Counted from the first letter of the stretch, positions 18,367-35,580 are shown. The stretch: 64,000 bases of DNA from the human T2T-CHM13v2.0 reference genome, Homo sapiens (GCF_009914755.1 NC_060942.1), one strand, 5' to 3'. Numbers and translations: made by a program. Notes: a model not told the origin generated them from the letters alone.

Positions 18367-18380
18367 TATATGTGTATATA

Positions 18381-18421
<41 letters not shown>
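18367..18421 (+). repeat. (TA)n microsatellite
   Basis: Directly visible. Confidence 0.95.
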
Positions 18422-18424
<3 letters not shown>

Positions 18425-19820
18425 AAACTTAAGAAGCATTTTGCTTCCAAAGCAGCAACTTGTAAAAAGTATCTGTATTTAAAATAGAATTTACTGGAAT
18501 TCTGATCGTTTATTCTGTGGATCTGTTTTTCATCTGCTTTCTTAGTAACAATCAGAATCATAGGTGCAAAAGAGTAGAGGGGGAGAAACATACACTAGGG
18601 AGAGTCCCAAAACTATCACGAATTAGGAATGATGTTAAAAAGATGACAATGAAAGTGCTTTGGTAAGTAAAGATGTCCAGAGAAAGAAAATGAATGAATG
18701 GAATTTCACAAGCATTACCCCTGAGGGTATAACAGGAGCATCAGAAGACGTCAGAGAATTTTTGGGAGGACTTCAGATGGCTCCAAATTCCTGAAAAAAC
18801 CCTACACTCTGTAGAGGAAGAATATATAGAGAAGAAAGGACAGAGTAAATAGTTCTCATCAATATTTTGAATGAGAGACCAAAAACACAAACACACACAA
18901 GGAAAAAGAGACAAGTTCCAAATGTTCTGGAGGCTTTGCAATACTGCAGTGGTTTGCTACAAAAGTCTTTCATGAAGTTCCCAGTAAAAACCACCATGAC
19001 AATGGTATCTGACTATACTGTCCCTTCCACACCCAGTCATAATTTTCTCTCTTAAAATTGGATTTATATTTCCCCATACTACAACTGTAAAAATGTTTTC
19101 CTGCTCACATACACTAATCATTGAGAATTTGGTTATTGGAGTTTTCCAGAAAGTAATATTTTGATTGTCTTTACCATTCAGAAAAGAAATTATTTACCTT
19201 TTAATTGATGCTAAGCTTGCTTCACCATGCAAACCAATAAATTCACTCACAGAATCTTTGATTGATCTGATAGTAGAGTGCTTTCTTGTAAACTGCCTTT
19301 CAAGTTTGTTACACTAATATATTTGTGGAAACATTTCATGAATCCAGGTATAAAAAGATCTTTAAGCAAACATAATAAAAATGAGAGTTTACCCTTCTTG
19401 CATATACTTAAGCACAACCAGGAAATGGTCGTTTTTATTTTTTCACTCCTGAAAAGGGTTAAAAGAAACTCACAAATTTTATAATTCACAGAAATGTGGG
19501 CACTTACCATTTCTGTAATTCACAAAACAAGTGCATTATTTGGCATACATGGTGTTTAAGGCTAAAATCATAAAATACTAATTAGCTTAAAAGTGTAAAT
19601 TACATCTTAGAATCTGTCTAGGCAACAGGAGAATTTGGATTTGCTTTATTTAAGATTATCATGAAGTCCACAACTTTGATATTTAAATACAGCCTTCATA
19701 ATGAATCTTTTCTAGATGGTGGTCTTTAGAAATCTTTAGAGATAAATAATGAATCTTTTAGACATGAATGATCACTATATTTAACAATAACCATTGTCCT
19801 TTCAAGGTAACCATGACAGT

Positions 19821-19826
19821 TTTATT
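19821..19826 (-). terminator. CD226: Proximal poly(A) signal AATAAA of CD226
   Basis: tttatt on + strand, about 1.33 kb past the stop codon. Confidence 0.7.
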
Positions 19827-20734
19827 CAGTTTGGCAAATACTTTTCATTGTTAGCCTACATCTAGAATTTAAACAATATTAGGTATGGTCTCTAATTGCT
19901 TTGACTGTTGGTGATGTCATTAGGGCTGTCTTTGTCTGAATAGTGAAGCAGAAGTTTCCCTTTGTATTTTTCTGTGGTTTGATTCCTTTCTCCTGTTGCC
20001 TGTACCCTCCCAATTTCTTTTTTCCCTCCCAAATTTCTACCCTACCATCCTATGCCACCACTTTCAACTGTCACTTTTAGTGGTATATTATATTCAACTT
20101 TCACATAATCATTAAAAAATAATAACTAGGTGCCTGACCCTTTTGAGAGAATTTACATATTAAAAATAATTCTCAAAAGTAGACAAAATATGTCCAAAAC
20201 ATTAAGTTATTTATTATTCGACTATCTACTACATTTGCTCCTAAGGCTAGACCTGGGATGGCGGCAAGAATTCTATACAGAATGAGAGATAAATAAATAT
20301 GAGAATAGTAAAGGATTGCCCTCTCGCATTTATCTTCCTCTTGAATATTCATTTCTTCTACTGCCAGGTATTCTTCTGGACTATGCTGATAGAGTGGATT
20401 CTAGAAGTATGGACAGAGATACCCCATTTCTAGAATCCATCCCATATTTCACTTTTTAGTTAACAAAAATGTCTTGGTTAATCACTGCAGTCAATATTTG
20501 TTGGTAAACTCTCCAGCTTTGAGACTCCCCTTTCCTCTTCTAACCATGCTCTGAATTGCCCAGTATTGTGCTTTGACCCTGCTTCTCAGCTCTAGAAGTG
20601 AACCCTTAGTTTACTTAAGCCATTCCATCCTTTCTGGTCATGTTGCCTATTTAACAATGAAAAAATAATCAAATTTGTTTGCTCCATTTGAGAAGCAAAC
20701 TCTCTACCAGACAGAAACAAGGATGTATGAATTG

Positions 20735-20990
20735 CCAAGAGTTGGCAGCCATCTTGCCAACACAAGAGGAAAGCCTGCATGAGAGTGAGGCCAAGACCAG
20801 GGAAATGGATCCAACACTCTGGAAAGGGATTCAGAAGCCAGTTTATGCCCATACTTAATTCTAGACACAACATTTAAGCCCTGGTAAATAGCCCTTGCCC
20901 AAAGCTTAATCTCCCCTGGATCATTCTGTTATATGATACAGTAAGTTTTCTTTTGTATATAAACCAGTTAGAGTCAGGTTTTCTGAAACA
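20735..20990 (+). mobile_element. MLT1 (MaLR) LTR remnant inside CD226 proximal 3'UTR
   Basis: gcagccatcttgc...ggaaagcctgc...taaaccagttagagtcaggttttctg resembles an old MLT1 3' end. Confidence 0.5.
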
Positions 20991-21157
20991 GTTCTATGAA
21001 AAATGATTTTAGGTAATGAAGTATTTTTCCTATCAAAGTAACTCAATTCAGACAACTAGTATCTAAGGTAGACCTTGGGTAGTGGAAAAAAATTGCATAA
21101 AGATCCATGCATGAGTACATAAGAGTCATTACTAATGCACTCATGTCAAGAATAAGC

Positions 21158-21283
21158 TTAAACTCTAGTCTTTGGTCTGCGAGAGAAGGTTGGATAGTTG
21201 ACATAAATATCCTCTCTTGTATCATCCATGGATTGATTGGTAGGTTGACCGGTAGAGATGGGACTTCTATAGTTATTGGGTGC
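21158..21283 (-). CDS. CD226: CD226 last coding exon ([41 protein letters not shown]), including Y322 YVNY motif, S329 and C-terminal TRV
   Basis: Manual translation; acceptor tttctAG at 21285-21284; TAA at 21160-21158. Confidence 0.98.
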   Translation of the reverse strand, partial: APNNYRSPISTGQPTNQSMDDTREDIYVNYPTFSRRPKTRV

Positions 21284-21827
21284 CTAGAAAGACAAACAGC
21301 AGAGAGTGTCAATAATTCACTGCATTTCAACAACTAATGAAGACATTCAAAACATACCTCTCATAAATGCAGGCATGATATGGGACAAGTTTCCATTATA
21401 ATTAATTTGATAAAACATTCTCATTGTATTGAACTTCTGTTGGAAATCATATTCTTGACTGAGATGCAACAGAAATCTAGTCTAGATTAATACTTGCTGT
21501 ATAGTGCTATGAATTACCTGTTTCAATGTAGAACTCCCTCTCCCAATGTTAAGCTATTTTGATAAGAACAATTACTATCATTTTTATATGGAAATTCTAA
21601 CACAGTGTCTGAACTTTAAAAAATAAGCAACTTAACATATAAAAAGTTAACAAAACTGACATCAAGATGATATTGTATAATCATTAATCTTCTCTACCGT
21701 AATCAAGTCACTTTGACCACATATGTATGTATGTAACAGAAAATATGCAGGTGTGAAAAAAGAAAGACAAATTAAGAGACAAAAGAAACTAGAGAAAGGT
21801 CTTTTGATGAGTAATTTAAAAATTTAG

Positions 21828-22133
<306 letters not shown>

Positions 22134-22738
22134 AGATGTTAGTGTTTTTAAGAAGAAAGCAAAATGAAAATTCAAGTGCCATGATTACTTATAGAGGTTA
22201 TCTTTTAAAAAAGAGAATGAAGTAGTTCTAATGTCTTTTTTTGACAGTCCAACCTATTAACTCTTTAATAATCCTTCAAAATATTATTCTACAAAAACCT
22301 GAAAAAGTTGGATACCTAATATAGACCGTTGCAAAGCTCCCTTTCATTCCCCAAATTCACAACAATAAATGTGACTAGACTGGCATGAGTAGACAAAGGC
22401 TAAGGATGAAGAAGGGAATCCCAAAATTGTGTATGACAGAGCACCAATTTATTTCTTGCTGAAGTGGCTGATGAAATAAAGCAAGGTTTCTTGATTCTAC
22501 AGTTGGCATCAAGAAGCAATCCATGTTTTTTGCCAACAAACAAAAAAAATATTTTTTGCAAAAGTAACTACTTAATAAATAAAAAGTTAAACTGATAAAT
22601 TATGAAGGCATCTGATGAACACATGTTGGATTGTCAGAACCTTTTTAGTACTTGGCTTGTGGCCATGTAGAATTCCACTGCAAATAGTTAAAATGAAAAG
22701 AAATTTATATACTTTTGGCTAGGAATTGGGGAATTTTT

Positions 22739-23121
22739 TGTCTTAGTTTGGGCTGCTGTAACAAAATACTGTAGACTGGGTTGCTTAAACCACAAACACT
22801 TATTCCTCACAGTTCTGGAGGCTGGGAAGTCCAAGATTAAGAAAATATTTTCCTAACTTGAGAAAAAAAAAGAGTCCAGTGAGGGCCTGCGGGCCTGTTT
22901 CTTGGTTTGCAGACAACTGTCTTCTCAGTATCCTCACACTGCAAAGAGCAGAAAGAGGAAGCAAGCTCTTCTGTCCTTAAAAAGGCACTGATCCCATTCA
23001 CGAAGATGCCACCCTCATGATCTAATTACATCCCAAAGTCTCCACCTCCTAATATCATCGCATTAGGCATTAGGATTTCAACATATGAATGTTGGGAAGA
23101 CATAAATGTTCAATCCATAGC
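22739..23121 (-). mobile_element. MLT1A-type LTR
   Basis: tgtcttagtttgggctgctgtaacaaaatac...ttcaatccatagca. Confidence 0.75.
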
Positions 23122-23499
23122 AACTTTTTTTGTGAAATTTCATAAACAGGATGCTATGCATTAAAGGAAGAGATTTGAAGTATAGTGGGGATAACGAGCA
23201 TGAAAATACATATCCCTCTTATCTGCAAACCCAGAAGGAAGTTTCTAGTCTTTTAGTTAAACACTAAGGGGCAGCAGCAAGGCAGAATAAGGAAGAAACT
23301 TTTACAGCTCATCAAACTCCTGCAGCCCATAAGGAAATAAAAAAGTTCTTTGGTTGTATAAGTATACACTAATAACTTACCTCCAAAGATAATAATAATA
23401 ATGAATATCATTACGTTCTTCTATGTGCTTGCTACGCTTCTGGTTCTTTTATGCAATTTAACCATCACAATAACCTTATGACATAAAAATATTATGTCC

Positions 23500-23930
23500 T
23501 CTCCTGGGTTGGATACTGTCCCCTGCAAATTCATGTCCTCCTCAGAACCTCATAATGTGACCTCATTGGAAAATAGGATCCTTGTAATTAGCTAAGCTCA
23601 AACAACGCTGTGCTGGAGAGGGGTGGGCCTTTAAGTCCAAGATAACTGGGGTCTCCATAAGAAAAGAAGGAAGGCAGACACACACACACAGCTGAGAACA
23701 GTGATGAGAGGGGCAGAGATTGGAGCGATGTGTCTACCAGCCAAGGATCGACAGCTCCACTAGAAGCTGGATAGAAGCATGGGATGGATTCTCATCCCAC
23801 GAAGAAACCAGTACTTCTGACACTGTTTCTTGTACTTCAACCCTCCAGAATTATGGAAGAATAGATTTCTGTTGTTTTAAGCCACCCCGTTTTGGTAATT
23901 TGTCACAGCAGCCCTAGAAAAGGAACAAAG
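23500..23930 (+). mobile_element. MLT1B/C-type LTR
   Basis: gtcccc..aaattcatgtcc..aatgtgacc..ggaaatagg...ttgtcacagcagccctag. Confidence 0.72.
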
Positions 23931-24199
23931 ATTTAGGGAAGGCATAGTGTTGATTGTTATTACGCCAGGGTAATTGCTCCTTTATTTATATTCATATAAA
24001 AAACTTAGTTTCAAAGGGTATTAAAAATAGAATAGTTCAGAAAATAACTTTCTCCAAATAGCTGATATTTAAATTACAGGCAACTGCATGGTCAGGTTAC
24101 TGAAAGGACAATAAAATATAAGATTGCTAACTGCAAAAGAGACTGACTTTGCATCTGTAAATTACAAAAGAAAAAAATGACAGTTCCGTATAAACTTAC

Positions 24200-24254
24200 C
24201 TTCTGTGTATCCCAGGACTCTGTAAATAGATCTCTTCTCTCTCTCCTTCTCCTT
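24200..24254 (-). CDS. CD226: CD226 juxtamembrane cytoplasmic exon (RRRRERRDLFTESWDTQK), 55 nt
   Basis: Manual translation; acceptor ttccAG; donor AAG|GTAAGT. Confidence 0.97.
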
Positions 24255-25607
24255 CTGGAATGCATATTCAATAAAGGATATAAAGATATGATATTCCAGT
24301 ACTAATATTATTTCGAAGACTCTATACCTCACTGTACCCCTAGCCCACATGCACCTTCTAATATGTTGAAGTAGCTTTATGCACATTTATCCAAAATTCT
24401 GTTACCCTACAGTTTTTTTCATTTTCCCTGTCTTCTCCAAATTGCTCCCAGATGGTGAGGGCAACTAAATGGATATCTAACCACTGTGCATTAGTAATTA
24501 ATCTCAGTGATTTTACTAAAGAATGATTTATAGTGACTTATTACATAAATGACTTATAGCTTTCTCCAAATAACCTCACATTTAAGACATTTTCCACAAT
24601 TAAAATTTATTTTAAATGCCAGCAGTGTAACTTCTTGGATGACAATATAATGAAGCTTTATAAAATCTTTTGGGTGTTATTCTAAATCACTCGTATGGAT
24701 TATTTTATTAAATCACTTATGTAGATTATTTTATTAAGATTTCATATAAACAGGTTTAGAAACTAAGGTGTGAAGAGGAAGAGTAACTTGTCCCAAATCA
24801 CATGATCGGTTGGTGTAGTGCTGGAATTTAAATCCATCGCCCTCCCTCTTGACTATTAAGCTCTCCAACTTCTGGAATCACTTCGCCGTGACTGAAAGGA
24901 CCATCTGCAACCACAGTATTCAATAAACGCTCCACAGTTCCAATGAAACCCATAAAAACCTAACCAGGGGAATCATAGAAGAGAAAATACCAGAGAAGAA
25001 GAAAAGAGGCTACTGTAACTGAATGCAAGAGCTGATATAACTGTATCCAACTATATAAAATAGTTATTATAGGGAGATGGTGACTCTTTTTATCTCCCTA
25101 AGGAAAAGATTCTTATTGAACAACAGACTCCTCTGTTAGATACAGAAGATACAGAAATGTAATGTTTTGGGAGTTCTCTTTAAGGTGAGGTTGTAATTCC
25201 TTTGTGAATATCTTGAAAATAAGATGGTCTTTCTCCAGGGAAAGGTTATGCAGGAAATGGATATTGACTCCAATTGTCTCTTCTAGTTGCTTTGAAATCC
25301 TCCTATCATGTCAATATAATCTTACCTTATTCTATGTGCATTTATTTTCTTATTTATTATTATTTTGACCAATTATTCATTTATTTGTTTATTCTATGTG
25401 TAAATTTACTATACACAAGGCATATGGCTAGGTGTTTTATATAAATTAGATCATTTACTCCTCAAAATAAATCTATGATATAGATGCTATTATTATCCTC
25501 ATTTTAAAGATAAGGAAAAGATCTATGATCTTTGACCTTTTATTAAATTGTGGTTCACAAGGCTTGCTATCTCACAACGTGCAGTTAACGTTCCCAACCA
25601 GGCCCAA

Positions 25608-25646
25608 ATGCACGCACATGCACATGCGCACACGTGCGCGTGCACG

Positions 25647-25677
<31 letters not shown>

Positions 25678-25689
25678 ACACATACACAT
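25608..25689 (+). repeat. Mixed (CA)n/(CG)n alternating purine-pyrimidine tract
   Basis: Directly visible. Confidence 0.92.
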
Positions 25690-25831
25690 TTAAATAAGCC
25701 TGGAGCATACAATGTGATGAAACAAAAGAGAACATGGAACTTAGAGTCAAATGATCTATGTTTAACTTGCACTCTGCAATTTACTAGCTGAGTTATTTAT
25801 GTCTTTAAAGTTCAGTCCTCTCATCTGTATT

Positions 25832-27480
<1,649 letters not shown>

Positions 27481-28224
27481 TAGTCGTGTTACTGTTGCTA
27501 TCTCTGCATGAAAACAGCACAAACCAGGAGCAGAGAAGCTGCCGCCAATCCCTCCAACACACAGGCTACCAGGCACTGAGTGTGAAGTATTCAGTTTTGT
27601 TCAGGGACACTGTCTGATTTATGTTGGCTTCTATCCAAGTCAATACATCTGAAGCTGCAGGATTATTTTAAACAGTCAGTAAAACGGAGTTCAGAAGGTC
27701 ATTGTTGGAGCCCTTGGGTCATCTTTCGAAGCATTTCTATTGGAAGTAACAACCACAAACTGATACTAGTGACGAGGCAGAAGGAACAAGTGCTTTTCCC
27801 TTGTGGTGTGCATCCATGATTACAAATTCAAGTCCACTAATCTCCTTTTATCACATTTAACCAAGTGGGACAATGTATTCTACCGTTCAATTTAGCTATT
27901 CATGTAAAAGTAATGCATAATGCATTTTCATGAAGCAAAATTTTTCATGAAGCAAAATCTATCATGTCCAACATCTGTGACCCTGTGGAGGTTTGTCACC
28001 ACTCGCTGTCTCTTAGTCACATTTGCCCGGTTCCCATGTGCTCCCTCTGCCATCTCTGCCCCCAGGATGTTTCCCATTGCCAAGGTGAAAAAGTGGAAGA
28101 GTCCGTGGTGCTACTAACACCTCGGTTCCTTACTTCAATTTGCTAATTTCTGTTCAGGGAAAGACTTAAGGGCAGTCCGTGATGGGGAAAAAGGTGAAAT
28201 GACCTGACCTCCTGTTTTAGTTTA

Positions 28225-28890
28225 ATTAGACAAATGTTTATTGAGCATTCATTATTTGGACAGATTAGTGCTAAATGCTACCAAATGCTAAAAAATGAAT
28301 AAAACACAAACTCTGCCATTATGAATAGAAGGGATGGCAAGCATGAAAGTGATTAAAATACAAAGCAGGATGTGAGGAGTAGCAGAGACGTACACAATGA
28401 TTCCAGATGGTGACATCATGTCTATTTGCAGGGACAGAGAACAGTACAGAGCTCACAGAGGGGACAGGTGTTTCACACCTTGAATGATACATAGGAATGC
28501 AGCCAAATGTGGGGAAACAGCACTTTGGTAGCAAACCAGATGGGGAGAGCAATGGGTGTGCTTCAGTTTCCACAAAATTTATCAACATCCGGGAGATTAA
28601 ATAAAGTAGAAAGTATGAATAAAAATTAGGCTTCAGTCAGGGTTAATGACAGGGTTAATGAGTTTTAACATTATTCTGGTAGGAGTGGGAAGATAACCAA
28701 AGATATTGAACAGGAAGATGACATGCCAACCCAGCCTTCAGAAGAAGACCCAGGGAAACTGGATGGGTTAGAGAAAGAGGCTACAGCTGAGAGCAGGCTG
28801 GAGACGTTACCAAAACCAGGGAGCAGTGATGACAGCTGCTAAAGAGCCAGAGGTCAAGGATGAAGAGACAAGATGGAGAGACACTGGAAA
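28225..28890 (-). mobile_element. L2 remnant
   Basis: acaaatgtttattgagcatt...aaatgaataaaacacaa, resembling an L2 3' end in reverse. Confidence 0.5.
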
Positions 28891-28903
28891 TCCTATTAAC
28901 AAG

Positions 28904-28905
<2 letters not shown>

Positions 28906-28940
<35 letters not shown>
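28906..28940 (+). repeat. (TG)n microsatellite
   Basis: Directly visible. Confidence 0.95.
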
Positions 28941-28941
<1 letters not shown>

Positions 28942-29258
28942 TGCATTTGGTAACATTACTGAAGGAGAGGAGTGCAGATGGACATATTCACCTACCCAGC
29001 AAACACATATTAAGTATCTATGATATGCCAGACATGAAAAATATAGACATCAAAAGTGTGGTCCCTTCCTCCCCTAAGAAGATAACACTTTAGCTGTAAT
29101 ACATTATAAGGAATAATTTCAACCTGCTATGATTACAGCAGATATGTAACAAATACCTACACAAGTGAGCTGATAAGCACAGGAGAACTAGAAGGGGAAG
29201 AAAAACTCAGCCAAGAATATCCTAGAAAATTCCCAACTGTGCTACAATACAGTAAAAG

Positions 29259-29400
29259 GTTTTTTTAATTTTTAATTTTTGTTATTGACAGGGTCTTGCT
29301 ATGTTGCCCAGGCTGGACTCGAACTCTTGGACTCAAGCAATCCTCCAGCCTCAGCCTCCTGAGTAGCTGGAACTTCAGGCACATATCACTGTGACCAGCC
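29259..29400 (-). mobile_element. FLAM/AluJ monomer
   Basis: gacagggtcttgctatgttgcccaggctgg...ctcaagcaatcctcc. Confidence 0.8.
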
Positions 29401-29993
29401 AATAAAAGATTAAAAAAAATTTAGTATAGGCCAAATGGCTCCCTGCTGTCTCTAAGGCAGCACCCTCCAATTCCTTCTTCTCAGTAATTTTAAGCACCTA
29501 GATTTCTTGGTTCTGAGAATATACAACTATTTGAAATTATGCTGTTTGCTTATTGGGATGTGAGCTTCATTATGTCTTGTTCACTGCTGTGCACAATAAA
29601 TATTTGATGAATGAATAAATGAAGGCTTTATCACTGTTAAACCTTGTTCTTCCCCTTCTCAGAATCTGTATCCATCTCGCGCTGTGTCATACACGCACAC
29701 ACACCACCCCCTCGCTGTCAGCTTTTTCCTTGGAGGAGGAAGACAGGGCAGGATAAAGAGCAGAGGCATCAGGCAGAATATAAAAGGGGCAGACCACCAG
29801 CTTCTACCAATTCTTAAATGAACTATTCCAGCTCTCCCTGTAACATTACCACAGCTACTTCTCCTCCTTTGTGTTAGAACAGTACTCACAAAAATATATA
29901 TGTGAATGCTGAGACAGCTTGACAAATTACTGGGTTATTAATAGAGAACCTCTAACATGGTGAATAAGATTCAGCATAAGTTGCACTACTCAC

Positions 29994-30096
29994 CTGTTAA
30001 GGAAAATGACAATGATGGTGGTAATTGAGATAACAAACAACAACAATAAAACTGTCCCTCCAGCCACAAAGAGGGTATATTGGTTATCGGTTTTAC
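29994..30096 (-). CDS. CD226: CD226 transmembrane exon ([35 protein letters not shown]), 103 nt
   Basis: Manual reverse-strand translation; acceptor tttctctcctAG; donor AG|GTGAGT; phase fits flanking exons. Confidence 0.97.
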
Positions 30097-30446
30097 CTAG
30101 GAGAGAAAAAAAATATTGTAGGAATTAGGAATTCAGCCAAAGGCAGTAAAAAGTAAGGCAGGAAAATAAAGAAAAGATACATTAATTATTGAGTAACAAA
30201 AACAAAGAATCCAACAAAAAAAATAGAATGAGTTACAGGAAAAAGAGAATTTTTCTTTTAGAGTCTCCTAAATATTTCTAACTCCTAATAGATTTTTATT
30301 TGTTTTTTGATTAAGCTGAGTTTTACACATTACAAAAAAAAAAAATATAAAGAGCATGCGTTTGCCAAAGACCTCATTCAAATAAGCTGCCAATCATATA
30401 CACAAAACCTTTTGTAGAAAAAAAAAAACTATTAAAATAGGAAATA

Positions 30447-30740
30447 GGCCAGGTGTAGTGGCTCAGGCCTGTAATCACAGAGGTTTAGGAGAGGGGATCA
30501 CTTGAGGCCAGGAGTTCAAGACCAGCATGGGCAACATGGTGAAACCCCGTCTCTACTAAAAACACAAAAAGTGATCCCAGTGTGGTGGTGCATGCCTATA
30601 ATCCCAGCTACTCATTAGGCTGAGGCACGAGACTCATTTGAACCCCAGAGGCGGAGCTTGCAGTGAGCCCGGATCTTGCCACTGCACTCCAGCCTGGGCA
30701 ACAGAGAGAGACTCTATGTAAAAATAAATAAAATAGTAAA
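30447..30740 (+). mobile_element. Diverged Alu (J/S)
   Basis: Alu consensus with internal deletion. Confidence 0.88.
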
Positions 30741-31645
30741 TAAACAAAGATTATCTTTTATGCCTGATATATTAAGTACATTCAACATACAACAGAATAT
30801 AACTTTGATGTTTATAAGTATAATTTAAGAAAAATAGATATTTTCTATTCAATTTGGTAATGATACAAAAAATCAGAAAAAAAAAATGTTACTCCAACTC
30901 AATGTCTGAAAGTTTACCATGGTCCAGTAATCTGAAATTCTCATCCTAAATCTTTCACAATTCAACTGACCGACTCCAGCAAATTCCTTACTGTGGATGT
31001 GTCTCTTCATTTGTCAACTGATGGCAATGGCAGCAGCCCTAATTACATCACAGAATTGTGATGAGACTCTCATGAGTCAATATTCACAAGAACAATCAAC
31101 TGCGATTAGAGAAATGTCCCCTCTGGAGTGTGAGCCCAGTGAGGTCAGAGAACATTTTATCTTTTTGTTACATCCTCCTGCCCACAACACACCTCTCACC
31201 CTTCAACCCACAGAGCATGTTGTGAGTGCCTCCCACAGGGAAGAATCCCATCAACATCTGCTGCTGGGAATAGGACTGAAATGAAACCCAATGGTCTTCA
31301 TTGCTGTCTCTCTTCGGGAAAGCGAACCTGTCAATCACCCCACCATTAGGATGATGCCAGGCTCTGAGAGGGCAGCACAATTTCCCTTCCTCCTGAAATC
31401 AAAGCTTGAATGTTTGTACTGTGACACCCCGGCTGTCTGGAATCCTATTGCAGCCTGAAAACCATGACTTTCAACCAATTCTTCCCCATCTTTTCCTCAG
31501 AAAATTTCTTCTCACTTTATCCACTATGTAGCTGCATTTTTTTCATAAGAACTCAAAGTATAGACCCACTTATTCTTTCACAAACTTTACTGCAAAGAGA
31601 AACTAAGACAAATAAGCAAACATTTTATTTTTAAACGTTTTAGAC

Positions 31646-32960
<1,315 letters not shown>

Positions 32961-33432
32961 AAAGCAATTGTTTTCTTTGGGCTTTTTTATATTTTCCAAA
33001 TTTTCTAGACGATGTGTTCATTTTGTGATCAGGCAAATACAGTACCAAAAAAATAAAGATCTGCAGGCTTAAAAAAGAATATTTTATCAAATCTTAGTGG
33101 TTAAAGTACAGGATGTAGAAATCTTTTCTTTAGAAATAGAATACTTAACAATTAAGATGGCTTTCTTTATGAAGGTCTAATTTATATGAATTTAACAGTA
33201 TAACCTGCTTGAAAGTACGACCACTTGTGACACACTGTTCAATTATAAATCCAAATTTCAGATGCATTGTTTCATAGGAAATATGTTACCTATTTGTAAC
33301 CCGTTTTTAGTAATGTTTGGCCTCTTGGATCAGATCCATTTATTCACTCAGTCTTTAAACACAAAGTATTTCAAGGTGTACTGTATGCCTGGTACTACAG
33401 ACAAAGTGGTAGGTAAAAACAAGTTTGACACC

Positions 33433-34603
<1,171 letters not shown>

Positions 34604-35481
34604 ATACCTGATTTAGTGGAACATATATTGTTTTGAAAAGTCCTAGACAATTTAAAAATAGTTAGGGAAAAAGGATTTTTTCTTAAGAAATAAAGGTGAA
34701 ATAAAGCATGGAGTCAGGTAGAGATTCAATCCAGAGACATTTCAATCTAGAGTGGCCCAGCCTGTAGCTGACATGGCTTCTCAGTCCATTCCCTGCCTTG
34801 CCTGCAGCTTCCACATGAATGACCACTGGCCTATACAGGGCTTGCACCTTGCTGGGCCCTGTATGGCTGGGGAAAATAAAAAGGAAAAGCAAATGGGTAC
34901 GGATGCTTTGGGAGTTAATCAACAGTTCATAACATTTAGTTTTTTAAGTTTTGCTAATAGATGTCAGATTGAGTAATGTCAGCCCTGAAGCCCTTTTCTT
35001 TAAAAAGGAAGCCCTTTTCTTTAAAAAAGAAGAATTGTTTCCAGAAGCCATTTTTTTGCTAACTTTTTTCACTTATATCCCAATGCTGTGTTGATTCATA
35101 GGAGGAAAAGTGTCTTGAACTGTAAAACCATTACCTTACATCACAGAAGATAAATACAGTTAAAACAATTTAAAGCAAGTCAGTGAAATATATAAAAGAA
35201 TAATTTACTCCAGGATTGTGACCCTCTAGGCTAAGTTTCTGGCAATGACAAGTATTTATGGCTGAGTTATACACTCTTAGAAAAGGCTCATGATAGAAAT
35301 ATTGCCAGTCCCTTCTTCCCTCAGAGTTCGGCAGGCAAGAGTGGCCATTAATGTCTATAGTTTATCCTCTATTAGGGTGGGGGTGGAGTTAGGGAGTGAA
35401 GAAAGCAAGTCACTTAGAACCTAAATAACTGGGCCAAAGAATATGCCAGGGAAAACCCGCAGGTCCTGACTCTCTAACATC

Positions 35482-35578
35482 AAGCGTTAGGCTGGAAACT
35501 GCAAATTAAAACCACAATGAGAGACCACCTCACACCTTTTTGAATGGCTTTTCTCAAAAAGATGAAAGAAAACATGTG
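35482..35578 (+). mobile_element. L1M ORF2 3' fragment, left half of the L1 hosting the RPL39 pseudogene
   Basis: gcaaattaaaaccacaatgaga...cacctcacac...aatggct...caaaaaga L1 signature. Confidence 0.75.
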
Positions 35579-35580
35579 GT

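Larger units (their letters stand above)
19800..21157 (-). other. CD226: CD226 proximal (short) 3'UTR
   Basis: Follows stop codon; minus-strand AATAAA (tttatt on +) at 19821-19826; ~1.35 kb length agrees with recalled short transcript. Confidence 0.75.
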
